Below, piece by piece: positions 9,534-17,082 of a stretch of DNA of 61,477 nucleotides. Origin of the DNA: an uncultured Enterobacteriaceae bacterium (GTDB lineage Bacteria > Desulfobacterota > Binatia > Bin18); contig CAZXFE010000001.1 of the NCBI GenBank assembly GCA_964639795.1, positions 1 to 61,477 on the forward strand, read 5' to 3'. How positions within the stretch are numbered: the stretch's first letter is position 1; every line of letters begins with the position of its first letter. Made by a program: the position numbers and the translations under genes. The notes below the pieces were generated by a model that saw only the letters and a program-made list of their open reading frames with translations, was not told the DNA's origin and made no database searches.

Positions 9534-11450
9534 CTAACTTTGGGCCATGTCTTGTCTTGGTCGTAGGCGATAAGTTTCCCTGTCTCGATCTCCATTTTCT
9601 TTCCTACTCGCAGGTTTATCCTCCTTGTAAAATGCGACGACGCTCTCCGCTACCTTCCGAGTTACACCGGCCACCTTTTGTAGTTCCTCGACGCTGCCTG
9701 TCTTGATCTTCTTGAGGCTGCCGAAGTGTCGCAGCAGAGCGTTACGTGTGACGGGTCCTACGCCGGGAATATTCTCCAATGTGGATTGAAACTGATCCTT
9801 CGAGCGAAGCTGTCGGTGGTAGGTAATAGCAAATCGATGGGCCTCGTCCCGGATGCGCTGTAACAGGAAGAGTGCCGTCGAGTTGCGTGCAAGAACGACA
9901 GGGTTCTTCCGCCCTGGCAAGAAAACCCGTTCGCTGGAATGCTGAACCTCCTCCTCAAAAGCATCACTCTTGGTACGCATCTTAGCCAGCCCGATCATGT
10001 CGACGGTATTAATGTCTAACTCTTTTAGAACGGCCATCGCGACACCTAGCTGGCCTTTCCCGCCATCCACCATGAGAAGATCCGGGAATGCGTTGTCTTC
10101 CACTGCACGCTTATAGCGGCGTGTCAGGACCTCGTACATACTCGCGAAGTCGTCAGCCCCTTCGACTGTCTTGATACGGTACCGACGATAACTACCTTTT
10201 ACGGGCTCTCCTTCGTCAAAGACGACCATGGACGCCACGGACATTTTGCCTTGAATATTAGAAATGTCGAAACACTCAATGCGTTTAGGGGCGTTTGTCA
10301 GTCGCAGTGCCCGTCTAAGGCTTTCTATAGTCTTTTCTCGCTGTTCCCTGGTCTGCCGCTTCTCAGTAAAACTTTGGTTCGCGTTCTCTGTCGCCATCTC
10401 TACCAATCGAACCTTGTCGCCCCGTTTCGGTGCGGAGACCATCACCTTCTTATTCTTACGCTCGGTGAGAATTTCTGAGCGAATCTGCATGTCTTCTAGC
10501 GGGACAGGTAAAAGGATTTCGTCTGGAACGAAACGTGCTCCATAGTAAAACTGCGTCAATATTTCGCCTAGAACCCTCTCATCAGGCAGTTCATTGTCGT
10601 CGAAACTGTATCCAATATTCCCTTGCAGTTTGCCGGCGCGGATAAAGAGCACCTGTCCTTCTACAGTGCCTCCCTCACGATAGATCCCGAAGACATCCTG
10701 ATCGTTCCCCAATGGCGTGGACACATGCTGGCTTAGCGCCGTTTTCTCGATCGAGCGGATCTGGTCACGAAAACGCGCCGCCTCTTCGTACCGTTCGGCC
10801 TGCGAGGCCTCCCACATGCGTGTATTTAAAGTATCAACTAGGGATTTATTTTTACCTTGCAATAACAAGACAGCATTATCAACTTGGCGTCGATACTCTT
10901 CCGGATCAACGGCAAGCGTACACGGTCCCAGACAGCGATTAATTTGGTATTCAATGCATGGACGAGATCGATTCTTAAAAACTGTGTTTGAGCAGGTGCG
11001 AACGGGAAAAACCGTGCGACTGGTGTCCAGCGTTTGTTTTATAGCGACGCTTGAATGAAATGGGCCAAGGTATTTGTTCCCGTCTTTCCGAACCTGACGT
11101 GTGAGCAGCAGGCGAGGCCATTCCTCGGTCGTTGTAACCTTGAGGTGCCAGTAGGATTTGTCGTCTTTGAGCCGTACGTTGTATCGTGGCTTGTGTTTCT
11201 GTATGAGGGTGATCTCAAGGAGCAACGCTTCTTTCTCATTCCTGGTCACTACAACATCGAGGTCCCTTACCTTGTCAACCAGGAAGGGAATTTGTACTCT
11301 GCCATCTCCGCCACGCATATACTGTTGGACACGACTGCGTAGGTTTTGTGCTTTCCCTACATAGGCTACTGACCCAGACTCGTCCTTAAAAAGATATACC
11401 CCGGGCTTAGATGGGAGCGTTTTTACTTTGTCCTCTAGTTGAACAGACAT
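9534..11450 (-). CDS. uvrC: excinuclease ABC subunit C
   Basis: 638 aa. N-terminal GIY-YIG (KPGVYLFKD..VAYVGKAQNLRSRVQQY), a central UvrC/UVR region and a C-terminal helix-hairpin-helix pair (IPGVGPVTRNALLRHFGS). Confidence 0.95.
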   Translation of the reverse strand: MSVQLEDKVKTLPSKPGVYLFKDESGSVAYVGKAQNLRSRVQQYMRGGDGRVQIPFLVDKVRDLDVVVTRNEKEALLLEITLIQKHKPRYNVRLKDDKSYWHLKVTTTEEWPRLLLTRQVRKDGNKYLGPFHSSVAIKQTLDTSRTVFPVRTCSNTVFKNRSRPCIEYQINRCLGPCTLAVDPEEYRRQVDNAVLLLQGKNKSLVDTLNTRMWEASQAERYEEAARFRDQIRSIEKTALSQHVSTPLGNDQDVFGIYREGGTVEGQVLFIRAGKLQGNIGYSFDDNELPDERVLGEILTQFYYGARFVPDEILLPVPLEDMQIRSEILTERKNKKVMVSAPKRGDKVRLVEMATENANQSFTEKRQTREQREKTIESLRRALRLTNAPKRIECFDISNIQGKMSVASMVVFDEGEPVKGSYRRYRIKTVEGADDFASMYEVLTRRYKRAVEDNAFPDLLMVDGGKGQLGVAMAVLKELDINTVDMIGLAKMRTKSDAFEEEVQHSSERVFLPGRKNPVVLARNSTALFLLQRIRDEAHRFAITYHRQLRSKDQFQSTLENIPGVGPVTRNALLRHFGSLKKIKTGSVEELQKVAGVTRKVAESVVAFYKEDKPASRKENGDRDRETYRLRPRQDMAQS

Positions 11451-11669
11451 GGAATCCTCATCAGAGTAGTACGACTAATTTTACGTTGTCTGTTACAGAA
11501 GAGTCTAGTGGCTGCGAGTTGGGATTATGGAGCGCAATCAAGGAAGTGGGGGCAGCCTCGCTCACGTAATATCGCAAAGGGTACAACTCTTAGTCGGCCG
11601 CGTAAGGAGCTTCAATCAACTCAAAAAGAACTCGCGCGGAAACTGAGGGAAGGAGGAGAATGATAACCC

Positions 11670-12157
11670 ATGGGCAAACGATTCTCCCACCCCTTACACT
11701 CCGGAGGAGTCGTGAACTGTACCACAATTGATGTTTCCACTGACGGAGCCTGCAAGCGGAATCCGGGCCCAGCGGGGGCCGGGATTGTTATTCCCCTTCC
11801 TCCGGGGCGAAGGCATCACATCAGTCGATATCTCGACCACTACACGAATAATCAGACAGAGCTAATAGCGGTAAGAATAGCCTTGGAAACTCTCCTTGAC
11901 GATTACCAGGAAAAGCACATTGCTATCTACACGGACAGCCAGCTTGTTATAGGCCGGTTGCATAAAGGCTGGAAAGTGAACACGAACAGAGAATACTAAT
12001 AACCGAGACCAAACGCCTCCTGCCCCGCTTTTTCCTCGTTTCATTTGTGAAGGTCAAGGGCCACAGCGGCAATGTCTTCAATGAGGAAGCGGATAAGTTG
12101 GCTCAAGGGGCCGCTCTGCAGGTAGAGGCAAATACCTGGCCAGATCAAGTTGTGTAA
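11670..12157 (+). pseudogene. rnhA: ribonuclease HI with a 1-nt frameshift
   Basis: Frame 1 reads DGACKRNPGPAGAGIVI..TNNQTELIAVRIALE..IAIYTDSQLVIGRLHKGWKVNTNRE, then a stop. The remainder (LITETKRLL..VSFVKVKGHSGNVFNEEADKLA) continues in the -1 frame from about 11995. Confidence 0.75.
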
Positions 12158-12445
12158 AAAGAGGCGGGGGGGCTACGTGGGGGATAGATCCGGGAAACGA
12201 TCTGATAATCGTATCAAACTTTTTACCAAAAGTCAAATAGACTCGAAAGTATTTGATATTATTAATATTATTATTCAACCTGCAGGTTGCAAGTTTCAGG
12301 TTCGGTGGAACAATAGCCCTTCCCCCAAATCAGTTGGCGCCGCGGGGAAAACATGCGAAAGGGTGGAACACCTTTCCGAAGAGGTGATTCACTGGGTGTC
12401 CGGTCAGTTTGCTCTTAACCTTGAAGAGCTGTTCCTATCGAGTTC

Positions 12446-12664
12446 TTATCCGCGGCCAGTGACTTGACCGCCAAAACAAGAAAATACTCCCCCTGCATCT
12501 TCCGCAATTGTTGCCGATGCTCCGGTCACTTTGCTGAACTTTTCGCCAGACATAAGGGCCAGGTCGATTTGCTCCGCACTGGCGTTGATTCTAACTGTCT
12601 GTTTGATCGCCATGATGGATTGCCTCCTAACCACATCGGAACGCGCGTTTACCGCATGGACCAA
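12446..12664 (-). pseudogene. SRPBCC / AHSA1-like fragment, truncated
   Basis: 72-aa ORF (IKQTVRINASAEQIDLALMSGEKFSKVTGASATIAEDAGGVFSCFGGQVTGR) matching the N-terminal half of the family. The downstream sequence is not readable in any single frame. Confidence 0.4.
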
Positions 12665-12908
12665 TCCCGAAGAACTGAAAAATGGTGGGGACCGAAAGGC
12701 ATACGTTGCCTTTCGGTTGAGGTTGAGTTACGCGTTAGCCGGGGGCAGTACAGGATCGAGTACTATTATGTCTGATAATAGAAATTTGGTTGCGTTTCGA
12801 ATTTCACTTCCCCCTTGCAGCCTTAATCCGCATCCCTCTCAATTCCATTCATTTCGTCGAGTTTGAGATCCTCGACGGAATTCTGGCGAGAAAAGGATCA
12901 TTCCGACA

Positions 12909-13259
12909 CTAGAGAAGCTCTAGAAGCTTTTCCGACGGCCTTGCTAACACGGCGCGCTTTCCCGACAGTACTACCGGTCGTTGCATTAGCTCCGGATGCT
13001 TGCGCAGGATCTTAACCACCGACCCAGGACCCGTGTAGTTTTTTTCATCAAGGCCGAGTTCACGAAACCGCTTGTCTTTCCGGACTAAGTCGGCGGGCGG
13101 ATCAGTCACTGCGTTCAGGATAGCCAAGAGATCTGATACCGACGGCGGGGTCTTGATATATTCTATAACGTCGAACTCGACGCCGCGCTCCTTGAGTAAT
13201 TTGAGCGCTTTGCGCGATTGTCCTCATGTCGATTTATGATAGAGAATGACAGGCTTCAT
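12909..13259 (-). CDS. ArsC-family (glutaredoxin-type) reductase, probable selenoprotein
   Basis: MKPVILYHKST-TGA-GQSRKALKLLKERGVEFDVIEYIKTPPSVSDLLAIL..LVRKDKRFRELGL..HPELMQRPVVL..ARPSEKLLELL aligns along its length with ArsC. The TGA (13224-13226) is codon 12, the position of catalytic Cys12 in E. coli ArsC (YHNPACGTSR). Confidence 0.75.
13185..13208 (-). other. candidate SECIS-like hairpin for the ArsC-family gene
   Basis: GCGCUC-N12-GAGCGC stem starting 16 nt after the UGA. Not a canonical fdhF-type loop. Confidence 0.25.
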
Positions 13260-13594
13260 GAAGCATTTTCTCCTTCCGAGTCGGGCAACGTAACATGTAG
13301 AGGATAGGGCTACCAGAGCGGTGAACTCTGGCGGTAATCCCCAAGGGGAATGTTTTTCTCTTGACATAAGGTACGTTTGAACTCGTCTTCACAGTGTGTC
13401 GTGCACGTATAGATGTCGACTTAGATGTATCAAAAATGGAGTACACCGCCGATGACGCTGGAGTGGATTGGGGCAACGATGTGGCTTCTGAGAGATACGA
13501 GCTATACGTCGACGAAGCCACCCCAACTCAACTCGAATTCACACACCTTGCATTGGCATTGCCCGGGGAGAATTCATCGGAATAGGGAGCATTC

Positions 13595-13651
13595 ATGGGG
13601 CGAGACGCTGAGATCCGCGCGGATCTGGACCTCCAATGGGTAGAAGACTAA
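13595..13651 (+). pseudogene. member B of the small-ORF family, cut by TAA after 18 codons
   Basis: AGGGAG lies 5 nt upstream. Reads MGRDAEIRADLDLQWVED-TAA. The same frame stays open afterwards apart from one TGA, up to about 13885. Confidence 0.35.
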
Positions 13652-14283
13652 CTCGGCGAGCGACTTCGTTGGAAACAGATTTCTCCTTTCGATTACGAGG
13701 CGCCGGTCACATATGCCGACGTGACTTATCGACTCCTTCTCCATTGCTCTGATAACGTGTGATACGGCTACATAATGACACTAACTCTCAAATTGGAGCC
13801 GCGGATGACTCCCGAACTCCTTGCGGGTCATTTTCAGCGGTTTGCCGAGGACAAATTAGCCACCGCAGAAGCAACGCTGGCTAAGCTCTTTTCTGAACTC
13901 GTGACGAAGGCTTTCATCTAGCGAACCGCTTCACGGTTATTATAGACAAGATCGGTACCCCACAGGTGGTCTCCCTTATTCAAGATCAATTAAGCCCGTT
14001 TGATCCCGAAAATATCGAGTGGTTTAAACCGGTCCCACTGCGTAGCGACGTCCCTTACCATGGCGAATGCAGCGGCCCGGGCCGGCTTGGCTCTCGGCAT
14101 ATCAAACAGTATCGCCTACGCTGCAGCATTAACCCCCACCTCTCATGACCCTACTAGGAAGAGTTCCACATACGGCGAGCCCAACCTGGCGGTTGACAGC
14201 CGGCGGCGCTACCCCCAGGAATTAGCGATCTTTGAAGATGCGCACGAACTCCTCGTGTGGCTGGCCGGGCGCTGAGGGGTTCC

Positions 14284-14305
14284 TATATTACTCGCGAGCA
14301 ATATA
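14284..14305. promoter_or_regulatory. 22-bp near-perfect palindrome abutting the Shine-Dalgarno of the lexA leader ORF
   Basis: TATATTACTCGCGAGCAATATA, with 10 of 11 arm positions complementary. Confidence 0.4.
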
Positions 14306-14314
14306 GGAGGTGCG

Positions 14315-14374
14315 ATGGGGGCGATGGGTTTCGCTTGCATAGTATACATTTGTATAGTATACATTTGTATATGA
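14315..14374 (+). CDS. 19-codon upstream ORF overlapping the lexA start (ATGA)
   Basis: AGGAGG, 4 nt, then ATG. Encodes MGAMGFACIVYICIVYICI. Its TGA overlaps the lexA ATG, and lexA has no Shine-Dalgarno of its own. Confidence 0.35.
   Translation: MGAMGFACIVYICIVYICI
14336..14370. promoter_or_regulatory. candidate LexA operators: tandem 15-bp unit AGTATACATTTGTAT x2 forming interleaved palindromes
   Basis: TG(C/T)ATAGTATACA at 14336-14348 and 14351-14363, and ATACATTTGTAT at 14344-14355 and 14359-14370. Overlaps a possible TTGCAT-N17-TATACA promoter and ends at the lexA ATG. Confidence 0.5.
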
Positions 14375-14970
14375 AAGACGCCCTCACAGCTCAACAGGAG
14401 CGTATTTTTGATTTTCTTGCTGATTCTGTAACAAGCCGTGGTGTCGTGCCGACGTTGCGCGAAGTTGCGAGTCATTTCGATGTTAATCACAGTGCTATTC
14501 GAGGGCATCTTCAGGCTCTAGAGAAAAAAGGGTTTGTTCAACGGGGGCGTGGCGCTCGCAATATAGAGATCCTTCGTCCAACCCGTTCTGCCCCCTCCAA
14601 CAGCATCCCTATACTTGGCAAGGTTTCGGCCGGTACCCCTATTCTCGCTGTCGAAAATATAGAGGAATACGTTCAGATCGATCCCTCTATCCTTGGGAGC
14701 GGCGATTTCGGTCTTCGAGTACAGGGCGATAGTATGTCGGGCGCGGGGATTCTGGATGGTGATGTCGTTATTGTTAAACAACAAGAGACTTCTGATTTAG
14801 GCTGTATTGTGGTGGCACTTCTTGGTGATGAAGTGACGGTAAAACGTCTGCAAAAGAATGGGGACCAGGTGTATCTCACGCCTGAAAACACGGCCTATCG
14901 CCCCATATTGTGTGACGAAAATACCAAAGTGATTGGGCAGGTGGTGAGTCTACTCAGAAAACTCAAATAA
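14371..14970 (+). CDS. lexA: LexA repressor
   Basis: 199 aa from the internal ATG. N-terminal winged HTH (VPTLREVASHFDVNHSAIRGHLQALEKKGFV), an Ala-Gly cleavage site (VSAG), and the S24 Ser/Lys dyad (GDSM .. VKRL). Confidence 0.9.
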   Translation: MKDALTAQQERIFDFLADSVTSRGVVPTLREVASHFDVNHSAIRGHLQALEKKGFVQRGRGARNIEILRPTRSAPSNSIPILGKVSAGTPILAVENIEEYVQIDPSILGSGDFGLRVQGDSMSGAGILDGDVVIVKQQETSDLGCIVVALLGDEVTVKRLQKNGDQVYLTPENTAYRPILCDENTKVIGQVVSLLRKLK

Positions 14971-14999
14971 ATGATTTTTTCAAACCTGGCATTGGAGTC

Positions 15000-15617
15000 A
15001 TGGCTCAAACCACCGCTACCTCCTCTCTTATCCCGTTTCGGCCTGCGTCTTCTGTTCCAAGACACGACTGGGGCCTTGAGGCTCTCCATGGCCGTCTTGT
15101 CGAGTTATCAGGGGTCGGAAACACCGCAGCCTTAACCATTACGGCCGGCCTGATTTATGAAGCCCAGGAGAACGACGAACCTGTTGCCTGGGTTACACAC
15201 AGAGACAGCTTATTTTTCCCCCCCGATTTTGACGCGAGGGGGATAGATCTTGCTGCCCTTCCGATCATCCGTGTACCGGCAGTATTTCATAGTCTAAAAG
15301 CCACAGACATCTTACTGCGATCTGGTGCGTTCGGACTTATTGTTGTCGATATAGGCGCAAATATAGACATCCGCTTGGCTATACAGACACGGCTTGCTGG
15401 ACTAGCGCGCCATCATCATTCCGCTGTGGTCCTTATTACCGAAAAGAAGAAAGCCGCAGCTACAGCTGGATCCCTGGTTTCAGTGCGAGTTGAGTCACAT
15501 TCTCACCGTATAGAGTTCGACCGCTATACGTGCACTATAGAGGCGATCAAAGACAAACAAGTAGGACCTGGGTGGTCACATAGCGAGGAACACTGTGGAC
15601 CGCTGGGCCTGTCTTAA
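15000..15617 (+). CDS. imuA: ImuA-like (RecA/SulA-fold) translesion synthesis accessory protein
   Basis: 205 aa located between lexA and imuB. RecA-like core without an obvious Walker A motif. Overlaps imuB by 23 nt. Confidence 0.75.
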   Translation: MAQTTATSSLIPFRPASSVPRHDWGLEALHGRLVELSGVGNTAALTITAGLIYEAQENDEPVAWVTHRDSLFFPPDFDARGIDLAALPIIRVPAVFHSLKATDILLRSGAFGLIVVDIGANIDIRLAIQTRLAGLARHHHSAVVLITEKKKAAATAGSLVSVRVESHSHRIEFDRYTCTIEAIKDKQVGPGWSHSEEHCGPLGLS

Positions 15618-17079
15618 CCTTCGGGAGTTCCCACTCCAACTACTTTTGCAACGCTATCCCAAGTGGACTTCCTCCCCCGTTGCCGTAGTGGAGAACGATA
15701 GTCCCAACGGTAAAGTCACTTACGCTAATGAAATTGCTCGAAAACAAGGGGTCATACCGGGTCTTCGCTATGCATCGGCACTAGCCCTTGAGCCACAATT
15801 GCGGGCTGCCCCGATGCCGAGAGAGGTCATAGAGGCCACGATTCGCCATATCATTACAGCGCTGCAAGAGTTTACCCCTGATGTTGAACCCCATTCCCAA
15901 GAATCAGGGATCTTGTGGCTCAATGCGAGCGGACTGCAAAAGCTTTTTCGGTCAATAGAGGAGTGGGCCCGCCGGATCGGGCGGAGATTAACACGAGCGG
16001 GGTATAAGTCAGTTGTCGTCGCCGGCTATACGCGGTTTGGAACTTACGCGCTTGCCAAGAGCGTTCCGGCTGGAGTGCACGTTCTCTCTGACCCCGTTCA
16101 AGAGGGATCAGCAGCGCAAAAAGTTCTTCTTCGCGATCTCGGTCTTTCGCCACGGCTTCTTGGTAATTTAGAGAAACTTGGACTGGAAAGCTTAAAGGAT
16201 TTTCTAAAAATACCCTCAGCCGGGTTTTTGGAGAGATTCGGTCCGGAGGCACACCATCTTCATCAATTGGCCTCTCGCGCAAAGTGGAATCCCATACGGC
16301 CACAAATGCATATGGAGCCCATCCAGAGTAATGTTATTCTCGATTATCCTGAATCAGACACCAATCGGTTAATATTCATAGTCAAAAACGAACTGGCGCC
16401 TATGCTCTTCTCACTGGCAGCGAGGTGTAGATCCCTTGCGGCGATCACCCTGACATTGAAACTTGATTCGAAAGAAACCAAACAAGAAACCCTTAGACCC
16501 GCCAGCCCTACCCTCAACGAACGCCAGATTGTGGACCTTATACGTCTACGTTTTGAGGCTATGACGCTAGCCAGCGGAGTTATCGAAGTTGGCCTTGTAG
16601 CTGATGACGTAGAGGCCACCAGCGAACAACTGCGACTATTTGACCAGATCGCAACACGCAATCTAATAGACGCGAACGACGCGCTGGCTCGCATCCGTGC
16701 GGCCTATAATGAGAAAACTGTTGTCTCCACCGCCCTTCATGAAGGACACCTACCGGAGGCTCAATTTAAGGTCACCTCTCTTCCTTACCTCAGGCACGCG
16801 CACTGCAGGTATGTCAAAATGACGCCTTTGGTTCGCCGATTCAACGTTCGCCCTGAGCCGTTCATAGACCCACAACGGCTGGGAGACCGTGACACGTTTA
16901 TTCGGGGGATGGAGTTGGGAACTCTGCAACGCATGGTCGGGCCTGACACCATATCCGGTAGCTGGTGGAACCGCGAAGTGCAGCGAGACTACTTCTATAC
17001 CGAAACGAGTCTAGGAACTTTTTGGTTATATTATGATCGCATCCGACGTCGGTGGCGACTACACGGCAAGGTCGAATAA
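15595..17079 (+). CDS. imuB: ImuB, Y-family polymerase-like protein
   Basis: 494 aa, GTG start. Y-family palm/fingers-like N-terminal half. Canonical position upstream of dnaE2. Confidence 0.85.
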   Translation: MDRWACLNLREFPLQLLLQRYPKWTSSPVAVVENDSPNGKVTYANEIARKQGVIPGLRYASALALEPQLRAAPMPREVIEATIRHIITALQEFTPDVEPHSQESGILWLNASGLQKLFRSIEEWARRIGRRLTRAGYKSVVVAGYTRFGTYALAKSVPAGVHVLSDPVQEGSAAQKVLLRDLGLSPRLLGNLEKLGLESLKDFLKIPSAGFLERFGPEAHHLHQLASRAKWNPIRPQMHMEPIQSNVILDYPESDTNRLIFIVKNELAPMLFSLAARCRSLAAITLTLKLDSKETKQETLRPASPTLNERQIVDLIRLRFEAMTLASGVIEVGLVADDVEATSEQLRLFDQIATRNLIDANDALARIRAAYNEKTVVSTALHEGHLPEAQFKVTSLPYLRHAHCRYVKMTPLVRRFNVRPEPFIDPQRLGDRDTFIRGMELGTLQRMVGPDTISGSWWNREVQRDYFYTETSLGTFWLYYDRIRRRWRLHGKVE

Positions 17080-17082
17080 TCA

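Noticed and set aside
14257-14370. The track's upstream start for LexA (237 aa).
   Set aside because: The extra 38 residues run through the operator repeats (..HSIHLYSIHLY) and have no counterpart in LexA proteins. The conserved N-terminal helix begins right after the ATG at 14371.
14341-14370. A CRISPR array or minisatellite.
   Set aside because: There are only two 15-bp units with no spacers. The position and palindromic structure fit an operator. I saw no repeat-spacer architecture anywhere in the window.
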